Assembly: GCA_965603825.1 (NCBI GenBank)
Contig: CBFDEM010000042.1
Span: 7,567 to 71,566, forward strand
From: Blepharisma stoltei ATCC 30299
Lineage: Eukaryota; Protista; Ciliophora
Reading direction: 5' to 3'
DNA: 64,000 nucleotides
Shown: piece after piece, positions 46,073-58,759 of the stretch
Numbering within the stretch: position 1 is the first letter of the stretch
Layout: every line of letters starts with the position of its first letter
Notes under the pieces: generated by a model
Seen by the model: the letters and a program-made list of their open reading frames with translations, nothing else
Databases searched by the model: none
What the model was told of the DNA's origin: nothing
Position numbers and translations under genes: made by a program

Positions 46073-46566
46073 CTTAGAGATATGATAATTTATTATAAGA
46101 TAAATTAGTAATAATTAAAAAATGCTTTGATGAGAAATAGTTAAATGAAAACGATATTTAGAGCATAGGTTTAGTAAATGAGAAAATCTCGAGTGATAAA
46201 CTTTCGATTTTGGCAAGAAATGCTTTATAAGCTAAGAATAGATAGCTAGATATAAATAAAGAATTACTCAGAAAGGACCGCTTATAATTCACGCTCATCT
46301 TTTCAGCAAAAAGTGTTGCAGTCTTTTCTCACAAAAGTTTGAGTCAATTTCAAGCTAATCAACTCGTCAGCGAAGTAAACATTTTAAAATCTGCACATGA
46401 GGCATTCATTAATTATTGGTAGAATAAGCAAATATATCTCCGTGGTTTAAGGATATGCAATTAATCATTTTTTTTAGATACTCTATTTTACAACCCTGTA
46501 AGATCGACATATTTTATCGGTAATGCGTCTTAGCTGTATAAATTAATTGTGATATAATTGTAAAAT

Positions 46567-47373
46567 ATGAATACGATAAGATGCTATGAGCCAGCGTGTG
46601 ACGGTGAGGCTGAGCTTTTATGTAACTGCACTTCACCTGTGACTTATTCTTGTGAAAATCATATGCTGAAGCATTATAAATCAAGCAGCCCTCATAATTT
46701 TAGCTCAATCTTTGTAGAGCCTGTTGAAGGCACAAAAGAAGCAATTCTTCAGTTTCTTGCAGAAGAAAAGTCAAAAATTGAAAAAATTAAGGCAAATATA
46801 ATCGAATCCTTTGCTCAAACTCTTAGATTATTAAGCAGAAGAAAAAAAGCTTTGGAATGCTTGCAAGAAGCTATCAGAATTGATCCAAATGATGCTGATG
46901 CACACAATTGAATAGGAGTTATTTTAGGAAATGAAAATAAATGTGAAGAAGCAGTAAAATATCACAACAAAGCAATTAGAATCAACCCAAACTGTTCACT
47001 TTATTATAATGATAAAGGATATGCTCTATATAGATTAGGCAGAATAGAAAAAGCTATTGATTATTTAGAAAAAGCTATCAGAATTGATCCAAATAATGCT
47101 AATTCAATCAATAACATAGGAAATATCTTAACAAATGAAAAGAGATATGAAGAAGGAGTAAAACAATTTAGCGAGGCAATTCGAATCAACCCTAACTCTG
47201 CAAATTATTATTATAATAAAGGATATGCTCTTAAAGAGTTAGGCAGAAGAGAAGAAGCTATGGAATCCTATAAAGAAGCTATCAGAATTGATCCAAATTA
47301 TCCTGTTTCATACAGTTGCAAAGAATTTATCTCAGAAAATGAAAAGAGACAGTTAAAGTGCACTTTATTTTAG
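46567..47373 (+). CDS. Subtelomeric Cys/His-domain + TPR family member, short internally deleted copy
   Basis: MNTIRCYEPACD...CNC...C..H...H N-domain is fused directly to TPRs. Reads through TGA 46909-46911 to ...RQLKCTLF TAG. Confidence 0.75.
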
Positions 47374-47462
47374 TTAATCTTATCAAGAATAAAGATATAT
47401 CAATAGAGTTCGTACTTTTTAGCACATTATATATAGATTTATTTAATATAAAATAAAAAAAA

Positions 47463-48050
47463 TCGCTAGTCCTAGGCATGGGAAGCGTTTTTTCTATATA
47501 TTGTTCTAGCCTTTCTATATTAAGTCTAAGCTTCTCACATTTATTTCGGGAATATTCACGTTTTTAGTTGAGTTTTTTTTTCAAGGGTATTAGCTTTTAG
47601 GAATAATGTATGAGCTATAGTAAAATATATAATTGCTGTTTTGCTTCCTCTTTAGATTTTGCTTTCTTTTATTCGTTTATTTGATTTTAAAAGTAAAAAA
47701 TTAGCATCGCGGTCAGAAAGCCCTCTGAATCAGTGTCAACTTGATTTAAGACGACTCAGCCCATGCTTCTTTATGAGAAGGTGTTTGGCTTAATTCCAGT
47801 TTAAGCTTGGAGATATTATTATTTCTTCATATCAGCAGCTGCTGATCTTTCATTTAATTCAATTTGAATTTCTTGTTTAGTGGCTTGTTTTCTTTAAATT
47901 GGCTTTCTAAAAATTACTGATTTCTACAAACCATTTGATTATAAAATTCTGCGTCTGTTTTTTGTCTATATAATTGAGCAATGTGCGATAGCAGAAAATC
48001 TGATAGTCACTTGGATCAATTTTGATTGCTTCAATCGATCTATAATTTTT
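47463..48050 (-). repeat. Inverted copy of a decayed coiled-coil gene fragment (other copies about 52745-53280 and 58020-58570, + strand)
   Basis: Shared blocks such as GTTGACACTGATTCAGAG..CTTTCTGACCGCGATGCTAA and TTAAACTGGAATTAAGCCAAA. Many indels between copies. Confidence 0.8.
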
Positions 48051-48099
48051 TTCTGGGTAAATCTCTAATTTTTTTTAAAAACAATTATATATAAATTGT

Positions 48100-48660
48100 A
48101 TAGCCAATTTTCTATTGAGTGAAGAATGAAGAAGCTGCTGATGCAGTATGGAGCTAATGAAACAATTGAAAATTAGTGCAGTCAGAGAAACACCTGTAAA
48201 AGTATTTTTAGTGAAGAATTTTCAGAAAAGCCACCTATGACTGTAAAATTTATAAAGGTGACGATTTATGTTGGATTGAACAAAAAAATCAAGTAGGAGG
48301 AAATAGGGGAAAAGATAGAAGTAATGAGGCTTTACGAATAAAATCTCTAATAAGAAAAGTATTTTAGTAATAGCTAATCACTTATGAACAAGAGCTTTAA
48401 AGGAAAGAAAACGTTTAAATTTCAATTTTGTAGCCTATATGAAGAATTTGGAATCGGGCTAATTCGTGATTTTACGTATTTTACCTTTTAATTAGTATAA
48501 GTTTGCAATGTAAAAGTAATAAATTTTGTTAAATGTTATATTAATAAATCTATATATTATATACTCATAAAAACATCTTTTAATGTTGATAAGATTAAGC
48601 ATTTATAAATTTTTGCTTTGTTAAGGCATTAATAGTTTTTCTCTTCTGCCTAACTTATGT
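48100..48660 (+). repeat. Duplicated segment (second copy about 53780-54320) with an ankyrin-like remnant
   Basis: Colinear similarity along the whole block (e.g. CTATGACTGTAAAATTTATAAAGGTGACGATTTATG). Translates MKKLLMQYGAN / NEEMKKLLIQHGDN. Confidence 0.75.
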
Positions 48661-48896
48661 ATGAAAAGTGTGTTTTTATTTTCCGAAAGAGCTCTGTGTC
48701 TTTTGTGCATAAGCATAATTTTCAAAATATATTATAGCTTCTTTATAGTATTCAATAGCTTCTTCTGTTCTGCCTAATAATCTAAGAGCATTTCCTTTAT
48801 TTGAATAATAAAATGCACAGTTTGGGTTGATTCTGATTGCATCGTTGTAATGTTTCACTGCTTCTTCATATCTATTTTCATTAAAGAAGATAAGCC

Positions 48897-51800
48897 CTAT
48901 TCAATTGTATGCAAATGAATAATTTGGATCAATTCTGATAGCTTCTTTATAGCATTCCATAGCTTCTCTGTTCAGCCTAACTCATATAGAGCATCTCCTT
49001 TATTTGCATAAAAATGTGCATAGTTTAGGTTGATTCTAATTGCATCGTTGTAATATTTCACTGCTTCTTCATATCTCTTTTCATCATAGAAGAGAAGTCC
49101 TATGCTATTGTCTGCATTAGCATTATTTGGATCAATTCTGATAGCTTTTTTATAGCATTCCATAGCTTCTTCTCTTCTGCCTAATAATCTAAGAGCAGTT
49201 CCTTTATTTGAATAATAAATTGCAGAGTTTGAGTCGGTTCTAATTGCATCGTTAAAATGTTTTAATGCTTCTTCATATCTCCTTTCTTTAAAGAAGATAT
49301 TTCCTATGCAATTGTAAGCATATGCATAATATGGATCAATTCTGATAGTTTCTTTATAGCATTCCATAGCTTCTTTTCTTCTGCCTAATTCATCTAGAGC
49401 AACTCCTTTATTTGAATAATAAAGTGTTTTGTTTGGGTTTATTCTAATTGCATTGTTATAATATTTTATTGATTCTTCATATCTCTTTTTATTATAAAAG
49501 AGAAGTCCTATGCCATTGTATGCATTAGCATAATATGGATCAATTCTGATAGCTTCTTTATAGCATTCCATAGCTTCTTCTCTTCTGCCTAAATCTCTAA
49601 GAGCAGCTCCTTTTTTTGAATAATATTTTGCATCGTTTGGGTCGATTCTAATTGGATCGTTATAATGTTTCGCTGCTTCTTCATATCTATTTTCATAACA
49701 GAAGATATCTCCTATTTCATTGTATGCAGATAAATTATTTGGATCAATTCTGATAGCTTCTTTATAGCATCCCATAGCTTCTTCTCTTCTGCCTAATAAT
49801 CTAAGAGCAGTTCCTTTATTTGAATAATAAACCGCAGAGTTTGAGTCGATTCTAATTGCATCGTTAAAATGTTTTAATGCTTCTTCATATCTCCTTTCTT
49901 TAAAGAAGATATTTCCTATGCAATTGTAAGCATATGCATAATATGGATCAATTCTGATAGTTTCTTTATAGCATTCCATAGCTTCTTTTCTTCTGCCTAA
50001 TTCATCTAGAGCAACTCCTTTATTTGAATAATAAAGTGCATTGTTTGGGTTGATTCTAATTGAATCGTTGTAATGTTGTACTGCTTCTTCATATCTCTTT
50101 TCATTATAGAAGATATCTCCTATATCATTGTATGCAGATGAATTATTTGGATCAATTTTGATAGCTTTTTTATAGCATTCCATAGCTTCTCCTCTTCTGC
50201 CTAACTCTATAAGAGCATTTCCTTTTTTTGAATAATAAAGTGCACAGTTTGGGTTGATTCTGATTGCATCGTTGTAATGCTTTGCTGCTTCTTCATATCT
50301 CTTTTCGTTTTCTAAGATAATTCCTATTCTATTGTATGTTATAGAGTTATTTGGATCAATTCTGATAGCTTCTTTATAGCATTTCATAGCTTCTTTTTTT
50401 CTGCCTAATTCATCTAGAGCAACTCCTTTATTTAAATAAAGTGTAGAGTTTGGGTTGATTCTAATTGCATCGTTAAAATATTTTATTGCTTTTTCATATC
50501 TCCTTTTATCTCAGAAGATAAACCCTAAGCCATTGTACGCAGATACATCATTTGGATCAATTCTGATAGCTTCTTTATAGCATTTCATAGCTTGTCCTCT
50601 TCTGCTTAACTCTCTAAGAGCATTTCCTTTATTTGAATAATAAAGTGATTCGTTTTGGTTGATTCTAATTGCATTGCTATAATATTTTATTGCTTCTTCA
50701 TATCTATTTTCATTTGCAAAGATAAATCCTATGCTATTGTATGCATAAGCATAATTTGGATCAATTCTGACAGCTTCTTTATAGCATTCCAGAGCTTCTT
50801 CTCTCCTGCCTAACTCTCTAAGGGCATATCCTTTATTTTTATAATAAAGCGCTTTGTTTGGGTTGATTCTAATTGCATCGTTGTAATGTTTCACTGCTTC
50901 TTCATATCTATTTTCATTATAAAAGAGAAATTCTATCCCTTTTTGTCCATGAGCATAATTTGGATCTATTCTAGTAGCTTCTTGTGAGCATTCCATAGCT
51001 TCTTCTCTTCTACCTAACTCATATAGAGCATCTCCTTTATTTGAATAATAAGCTGCACAGTTTGGGTTGATTCTAATTGCATCGTTGTAATGTTTCACTG
51101 CTTCTTCATATCTTTTTTCATCATAGAAGAGAAGTCCTATACCATTATCTGCATTATCATAATTTGGATCAATTCTGATAGCTTCTTTATAACATTCAAT
51201 AGCTTCTTCTCTTTTACCTAACTCTCTAAGAGCATTTCCAATATTTGAATAATAAATTGCAGAATTTGGGTTGATTCTAATTGCGTCGTTGTAATGTTGT
51301 GCTGCTTCTTCGTATCTCTTTTCATTAAAGAAGATAACTCCTATGCCATTGTATGCAGATGCATTATTTGGATCAATTCTGATAGCTTCTTTATAGCATT
51401 CCATAGCTTCTTCTCTTCTGCTTAATTCATATAAAGCATCTCCTTTATTTGAATAATAAAGTGCATTGTTTGGGTTGATTCTAATTGCGTCGTTGCAATG
51501 TTGTACTGCTTCTTCATATCTCTTTTCATTAAAGAAGATAATTCCTATGCCATTGTATGCATATGCATTATTTGGATCAATTCTGATAGCTTCTTTGTAG
51601 CATTCCATAGCTTCTTCTCTTCTGTCTAACTCGCCTAGAGCAGCTCCTTTATTTGAATAATATTTTGCATCGTATTGGTTGATTCTAATTGCATCGTTGT
51701 AGTGCTTCACTGCTTCTTCATATCTCTTTTCATCATAGAAGATAAATCCTATTTCGTTGTATGTATAAGCATTATTTGGATCAAGTCTGATAGCTTCTTT

Positions 51801-52634
51801 ATAGCATTTCAGAGCTTCTTCTCTCTTGCCTAAATGCCTAAGAGCAGCTCCTTTATTTGAATAATAAGTTGCACAGCTTGGGTTGATTCTAATTGCGTCG
51901 TTGTACTGTTGTACTGCTTCTTCATATCTATTTTCATTTAAGAAGATAGCCCCTATGCCATTGTATGCATCAGCATAATTTGGATCAATTCTGATAGCTT
52001 CTTTATACTCGCTTAATACTTGCTGCAACGTATCCTCTTTATTTTCAAAGTTCGTATGAATGTTTTTCAATTCAAAATTGATTTCATATGGAGTAACTTT
52101 GGACTTTTCTTCGTGAAAGCTCTTAATAACTGCATCAATTTGTTTATTTAATTCAGATAATAACCCGATATTATTATTTGATATTACTGTAAAAATTGTT
52201 TTAGCTTTTTCAACAGCTATATTTGTCTGCAAGACTAACAAATTTAAGGCTGAATCATACCTTATATACGAGTGTTTTTGTGCTTGCCTTACTTTTTCGG
52301 CGTAGCTGCCAATTTCTAAAGAATAAGAGTTGATTTCTTTTACAAGTTGTTTAAGGATATTGTTACAACCAGAAAGAGTTTGAGTAAAGGATATGATTAT
52401 ATTTGCCTTAATTTTGTCAATTTTTGATTTTTTTTCTGAAAGAAAGTGAAGAATTGCTTCTCCTGTGCCTTTAAAAGGCTCTACAACAATTTTGCTGACA
52501 TGATGAGGATTGTCGCTAGATTCTATATGCTCCAGAATATGATTTGTGCAAATATAAGTCGCAGGTGAAGTGCAATTGCATAAAAGCTTAGCCTCACTAT
52601 CACACGTTGGCTCATAGCATCTTATCGTGCTCAT
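48897..52634 (-). CDS. Subtelomeric Cys/His-domain + coiled-coil + about 30 TPR protein (about 1245 aa), frameshifted near the 3' end
   Basis: The 707-aa and 471-aa track ORFs are one frame via TGA 50513-50511. After TGA 48974 a 1-nt deletion leads to TAG 48899-48897, leaving the last repeats (48676-48965) out of frame. Confidence 0.82.
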
Positions 52635-52744
52635 ATTTTACAATTATATTACAGTTAATTTAATCAGCTAAATGCATTATCGATGAAATATGTAGATGCT
52701 TAGATATTTACACAAAAAGAAATTATAAAGCGATGAGTGTTTAA

Positions 52745-53280
52745 TTAAGCAATTGAACTTGATCCAAGTGACTCTCTGCTTTTCTGCTATTGCACATATG
52801 CTCAATCATTTAAGACAAGAAACTGAAACAGAATTTTACGAGTAAATTGGGGATCTGCAAACAAGAATCAAATGGCATAATAATTTTTATAAACTGAAAT
52901 TTTTGCCAAAGACCTTCTCTTAAAGAAGCATAGGCTAATTTGTCTCAAATCCAGTTGACACTTTGCCTGATTCAGAGACCTTTCTGACCACGATGCTAAA
53001 TTTGTACTTTTACAATCAAATAAATGACTAAAAAAAAGCAAATCCAAAGAGGAAACAAAGCAGCAACTATCACTTTCACTGCAGATCATACATTATTTTA
53101 AAAGTTAATACCCTTGAAGGAGAGCTTGAAAAAAATGAATGTGAGAAGCTTAGATAAAGAAATGCTAAAATCTCATATAGATAGAACGCCTGCCATGCCA
53201 GGGACTAGCGTGTTTTTAAGTTTGCAGAGAAAAATTTAAAAATTAGAAGACAAAAACTATTTGTAGAGCAAGAATTGAAT
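52745..53280 (+). pseudogene. Decayed coiled-coil gene fragment, head-to-head with a TPR gene
   Basis: Similar to 58020-58570 and to the reverse complement of 47463-48050. No intact frame. Confidence 0.6.
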
Positions 53281-54332
53281 GATATTTTGTTCTGATTTTA
53301 GAACTGGAGAAAGGCTTTGAAGCAAATCCTATCTTGAACGGGGTGCTGCTGCGAAATTTAGGACTCTTCTAAAAATGAGCTTCCATATTAATTTTAAAAA
53401 CGGGAGTTGCTGCACTAAAAGTTCTTACACATTTATAAATAAGATATTGTTAGAAATTATTATTTAAAAGGATTCACATATTTCAGGTGGAATCATTAGA
53501 AATCTTCTCCAATTTGACTCTCAAAACATTCATTGCATAAAAATTCTATAATTCATCAATTATTGTAATAAATCTATTTATTTTCTTCAAAATCAAAGGT
53601 TTATTTATAAAAATTTTCTCATGCATTTATTATCATAGCTCAAAGCTTTCTGTTCAACATCAAAATTTATAAATTGATAAAAGACTTCCTCTGATTTATA
53701 GAATCTATAATAAGAATGAGACGATCGGCAAGCACATATTTGATATTGAAAAAACCTGCATTATCATTGCATATATAATTAGCAATTTTTCTGAAGAATG
53801 AAGAAATGAAGAAGCTGCTAATACAGCATGGAGATAATGAAACAATTGGAAATTTAGTGCAGTCAGAGAAACAACCTTGAAAAACCATCTATGACTGTAA
53901 AATTTATAAAGGTGACGATTTATGCTGGATTGAACAAAAAAATCAAGAAGGTAGAAGTAGGAGAAAAGATAGTAGTGATGAGGCTGTACAAAATAAACCT
54001 CTGATAAGAATAGCAGTTTTAATAATAGCTAACCACTTATGAATAGGAGATGTTAGGGAAAGAAAACGTTTAAAATTTCAATTTTGTAACCTATACGGAG
54101 AAAATGGAATCAGGCTAATTCATATTTTTACGTATTTTTATCTTTTAATTAGTGTAAATTTGTATTGTAAAAGTAATAAATTTGCTTTACTGTTATATTT
54201 AAAAAATCTATTTATTATATGCTCATAAAAACATCTTTTAATGCTTGATAAGATTAAGCATTATAAATCTTTGCTTTATTAAGACAGTCCGTACCTTCTT
54301 CTCTTCTGCCTAACTTATCTAGAGCAGCTCCT

Positions 54333-57300
54333 TTATTTGAATAATAAAGCGCACTTTTCATTTTTTGAGATAAGTGCTATGCCTTTGTGTGCATTAGCAG
54401 TATTTGGATCAATTCTAATAGCTTCTTTATAGCATTCCAGAGCTTCTTCTCTCCTGCCTAACTCATATAGAGCAGCTCCTTTATTTGAATAATAAAGTGC
54501 ACAGTTTGGGATGATTCTAATTGCATCGTTGTAATGTTTTACTGCTTCTTCATATCTCTCTTCATTATAGAAAATATCTCCTATTTTATTGTATGTTTCA
54601 GCATCATTTGGATCGATTCTGATAGCTTCTTTATAGCATTCCAGAGCTTCTTCTCTCCTACCTAACTCATCTAGAGCGTCTCCTTTATTTGAATAATAAC
54701 TTGCACAGTTTGGGTTGATTCTAATTGCATCGCTAAAATATTTTATTGCTTCTTCATATCTATTTTCATTATAGAAGATATCTCCTATTTTATTGCATTG
54801 ATAAGCATCATTTGGATCAATTCTGATAGCTTCTTGTAAGCATTCCAGAGCTTCTTCTCTCCTGCCTAACTCTCTAAGAGCAGCTCCTTTATTTGAATAA
54901 TAAAGTGCTTTGTTTGGATTGATTCTAATTGCATCGTTGTAATGTTTTACTGCTTCTTCATATCTCTTTTCATTATAGAAGATACCTCCTATTTGGTTGT
55001 ATGCCGAAGCATCATTTGAATCAATTCTGATACCTTCTTTATAGCATTCCAGAGCTTCTTCTCTCTTGCCTAACAAACTAAGAGCAGCTCCTTTATTTGA
55101 ATAATAAAGTGCTTTGTTTGGGTTGAATCTAATTGCATCTTTGTAATGTTTTACTGCTTCTTTATATCTCTTTTTATTATAAAAGATATCTCCTATTTGA
55201 TTGTATGCCGAAGCATCATTTGGATCAATTCTGATAGCTTCTTTATAGCATTCCAGAGCTTCTTCTCTTCTGCCTAACTTATCTAGAGCAGCTCCTTTAT
55301 TTGAATAATAACTTGCACAGTTTGGGTTGATTCTATTTGCATCGTTGTAATGTTTTACTGCTTCTCTATATCTCTTTTCATTATAGAAGATATCTCCTAT
55401 TTCATTGTATGCCGAAGCATCATTTGGATCGATTCTTATAGCTTCTTGTAAGCATTCTAGAGCTTCTTCTCTTCTGCCTAACTTATCTAGAACATATCCT
55501 TTATTTGAATAATAAAGTGCTTTGTTTGGGTTGATTCTAATTGCATCGTTGTAATGTTTTACTGCTTCTTCATATCTATTTTCATTATAGAAGATATCTC
55601 CTAATTGATTGTATGCCGAACCATCATTTAGATCGATTCTGATAGCTTCTTGTAAGCATTCCAGGGCTTCTTCTCCTCTACCTAACTCATCTAGAGCATC
55701 TCCTTTATTTAAATAATAAAGTGCTTTGCTTGGGTTGATTCTAATTGCATCGTTGTAATGTTTTACTGCTTCTTCATATCTCTTTTCATTATACAAGATG
55801 ACTCCTATTTCATTGTATGGAGATGCATTATTTGGATCGATTCTGATAGCTTCTTGTAAGCATTCCAAAGCTTTTTCTCTCCTACCTAACTTATCTAGAG
55901 CAGCTCCTTTATTTGAATAATAAAGTGCACAGTTTGGGTTGATTCTAATTGCATCGTTGTAATGTATTACTGCTTCTGCATATCTCTTTTCATTATAGAA
56001 GATGACTCCTATTTCATTGTATGGAGATGCATTATTTGGATCGATTCTGATAGCTTCTTGTAAGCATTCCAGAGCTTCTTCTCTCCTGCCTAACTTATCT
56101 AGAGCAGCTCCTTTATTTTTAAAAAATAATGCTTTGTTTGGGTTGATTCTGATTGCATCGTTGTAATGTTTTACTCCTTCTTCATATCTCTTTTCATTAT
56201 AGAAGATGACTCCTATTTCATTGTATGCAGATGCATTATTTGAATTGATTCTGATAACTTCTTTATAGCATTTCAGAGCTTCTTCTCTCCTGCCTAACTC
56301 ATATAGAGCAGCTCTTTTATTTGAATAATAAAGTGCTTTGTTTGGATTGATTCTAATTGCATCGTTGTAATGTTTTACTGCTTCTTCATATCTCTTTTCA
56401 TTATAGAAGATATCTCCTATTTGATTGTATGCCGAAGCATCATTTGGATCGATTTTTATAGCTTCTTTATAGCATTCCAGAGCTTCTTCTTTCCTACCTA
56501 ACTCATCTAGAGCAACTCCTTTATTTGAATAATAACTTGCACAGTTTGGATTGATTCTAATTGCGTCGTTGTAATGTTTTACTGCTTCTTCATATCTCTT
56601 TTCATTATAGAAGATATCTCCTATGCCATTATATTGAGAATCATTATTTGGATCGATTCTGATAGCTTCTTGTAAGCATTCCAGAGCTTCTTCTCTTCTG
56701 CCTAACTTATCTAGAGCAGTTCCTTTATTTGAATAATAAAGTGCTTTGTTTGGGTTGATTCTAATTGCATCGTTGTAATGTTTTACTGCTTCTTCATATC
56801 TATTTTCATTATAGAATATAAGTCCTATGCCATTGTATTGAGAAGCATCATTTGGATCAATTCTGATAGCTTCTTGTAAGCATTCCAGAGCTTCTTCTCT
56901 CTTACCTAACAAACTAAGAGCAGCTCCTTTATTTGAATAATAAAGTGCTTTGTTTGGGTTGATTCTAATTGCATCGTTGTAATGTTTTACTGCTTCTTCA
57001 TATCTCTCTTCATTATAGAAGATATCTCCTATTTGATTGTATGCCGAAGCATCATTTGGATCAATTCTGATAGCTTCTTTATAGCATTCCAGAGCTTCTT
57101 CTCTTCTGCCTAACTTATCTAGAGCAGCTCCTTTATTTGAATAATAAAGTGCTTTGTTTGGGTTGATTCTAATTGCATCGTTGTAATGTTCTACTGCTTC
57201 TTCATATCTATTTTCATTACTTAAGATAAGTCCTATGCTATTGTATGCATCAGAATTATTTGGATCAATTTTGATAGCTTCTTTATACTTGTTTAATACT

Positions 57301-57911
57301 TGCTGTAACATATCCTCTTTATTCTCATCGTTCATATCAATATTTTTCAATTTTGTAGACATTTCATCTGGAAAATCTTTGGACTTTTCTTTGAGAAAGC
57401 TCTTGATAATTGCATCAATTTGTTTGCCTATTTCACAGAACAACCCGATATTATTTGATGATACTGTAAAAAATTTTTTAGCTTTTTCGACAGCTTCATT
57501 TGACTGCAATGATAGCAAATTCAAAGCTGGATCTTTCTCCATTTTTAATAGTTTTTGTGCTTTCCAGATTTTTTCGATGTAGCTGGCAATTTTTTCAGAA
57601 TCAGAGTCGATTTCTTTTAAAACTTGTTCATGGATATTTTTATAACTGCAAAGTGTTTGAGTAAAGGAAGCCATTGCATTAGCCCTCATTTCTTCAAGTT
57701 TTGACTTCTCTTCCTCAAGAAAACCAAGGATTGCTTCTTTTGTGCCTTCAGCAGGCTCTACCAAAATTTTGATGATATTATGAGGATTATCGCTATGCTC
57801 GATATGGTTCACTACGTGTTCTTTGCAAAAATAAGTGGCCGGTGAAGTGCAGTTGCATGAAAGTTCAATTTCACCATCGCAGTTTGACTCACAGCATCTA
57901 AAGGTACTCAT
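54333..57911 (-). CDS. Subtelomeric Cys/His-domain + coiled-coil + about 28 TPR protein (1192 aa)
   Basis: Intact ORF built from a 68-aa (204-nt) two-TPR unit repeated about 14 times. Confidence 0.9.
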   Translation of the reverse strand: MSTFRCCESNCDGEIELSCNCTSPATYFCKEHVVNHIEHSDNPHNIIKILVEPAEGTKEAILGFLEEEKSKLEEMRANAMASFTQTLCSYKNIHEQVLKEIDSDSEKIASYIEKIWKAQKLLKMEKDPALNLLSLQSNEAVEKAKKFFTVSSNNIGLFCEIGKQIDAIIKSFLKEKSKDFPDEMSTKLKNIDMNDENKEDMLQQVLNKYKEAIKIDPNNSDAYNSIGLILSNENRYEEAVEHYNDAIRINPNKALYYSNKGAALDKLGRREEALECYKEAIRIDPNDASAYNQIGDIFYNEERYEEAVKHYNDAIRINPNKALYYSNKGAALSLLGKREEALECLQEAIRIDPNDASQYNGIGLIFYNENRYEEAVKHYNDAIRINPNKALYYSNKGTALDKLGRREEALECLQEAIRIDPNNDSQYNGIGDIFYNEKRYEEAVKHYNDAIRINPNCASYYSNKGVALDELGRKEEALECYKEAIKIDPNDASAYNQIGDIFYNEKRYEEAVKHYNDAIRINPNKALYYSNKRAALYELGRREEALKCYKEVIRINSNNASAYNEIGVIFYNEKRYEEGVKHYNDAIRINPNKALFFKNKGAALDKLGRREEALECLQEAIRIDPNNASPYNEIGVIFYNEKRYAEAVIHYNDAIRINPNCALYYSNKGAALDKLGRREKALECLQEAIRIDPNNASPYNEIGVILYNEKRYEEAVKHYNDAIRINPSKALYYLNKGDALDELGRGEEALECLQEAIRIDLNDGSAYNQLGDIFYNENRYEEAVKHYNDAIRINPNKALYYSNKGYVLDKLGRREEALECLQEAIRIDPNDASAYNEIGDIFYNEKRYREAVKHYNDANRINPNCASYYSNKGAALDKLGRREEALECYKEAIRIDPNDASAYNQIGDIFYNKKRYKEAVKHYKDAIRFNPNKALYYSNKGAALSLLGKREEALECYKEGIRIDSNDASAYNQIGGIFYNEKRYEEAVKHYNDAIRINPNKALYYSNKGAALRELGRREEALECLQEAIRIDPNDAYQCNKIGDIFYNENRYEEAIKYFSDAIRINPNCASYYSNKGDALDELGRREEALECYKEAIRIDPNDAETYNKIGDIFYNEERYEEAVKHYNDAIRIIPNCALYYSNKGAALYELGRREEALECYKEAIRIDPNTANAHKGIALISKNEKCALLFK

Positions 57912-58019
57912 TTTATAATTATATTACAGTTAATTTATTCGCCTAAGTTAAATATGGGGTAAATATAATTTGGAAATTTAACACCTAGATAATAAATTAT
58001 CGATTGAATCTTTTTTGAA

Positions 58020-58570
58020 GTAAGAAGCAGAATTTTAGAATCAAATGGCTTGTAGAGGTCAGTGATTTTTAGAAAGCCATGGAGCAAGAAATTCAAAATG
58101 TGGAAAGAGAATTAAATGAAAGACCAACCGCTGCTGATATGAAAATGAAAATATCTCCAAACTTAAACTGGAATTAAGCCAAAGACCTTCTCCTAAAGAA
58201 GTATGGGCTGAGCCATCTCAAATCCAGTTGACACTGATTCAGAGACCTTTCTGACCGCGATGCTAAATTTTTACTTTTATAATCAAATAAACTAATAAAA
58301 GAACTCGAGGCAAATCCAAAGGGCAGCAACTATCAGCTTCACTACAGATCTCAAATTAACCATAAAAGTTAATACCTTTAAGGAGAGCTTGAAAAAATTC
58401 AACTAAAAACGTGAATATTCCCAAATGAATGTGAAAAGCTTAGACTTGATAAAAAAAGGCTAGAAACTCATATAGGAAGAACGCCTGCATGCCCTGGGCT
58501 AGCGAATTTTTAAGTTTGCAGAGAAAAATTTAAAAATTAGAAGACAAGCACTATTGGAGAGGGCAAGAAC
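58020..58570 (+). pseudogene. Decayed coiled-coil gene fragment, third copy
   Basis: Remnant MEQEIQNVERELNERPTAADMK with frameshifts. Similar to the other two copies. Confidence 0.6.
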
Positions 58571-58759
58571 TGAAAAATAGACTAAGCTCAGTTTCACTGA
58601 GATCTGAGCTGGAAAGTGAAGAAATAAAAAAAATTCCGAATGATAAAGTTTGATTAAGAAATTAATAATAAGAATAACGAAATTGACGAGTTCAGGATTG
58701 AGCTGGAAGAGTTGCTTTAGAGATAGAAAGACTGAGATTAATGATATTTATTTTAATTT

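Noticed and set aside
2897-50513. Selenocysteine reading of the in-frame UGA codons
   Set aside because: The UGAs align with Trp rather than Cys, occur in non-selenoprotein families, and alternate with TGG in paralogs.
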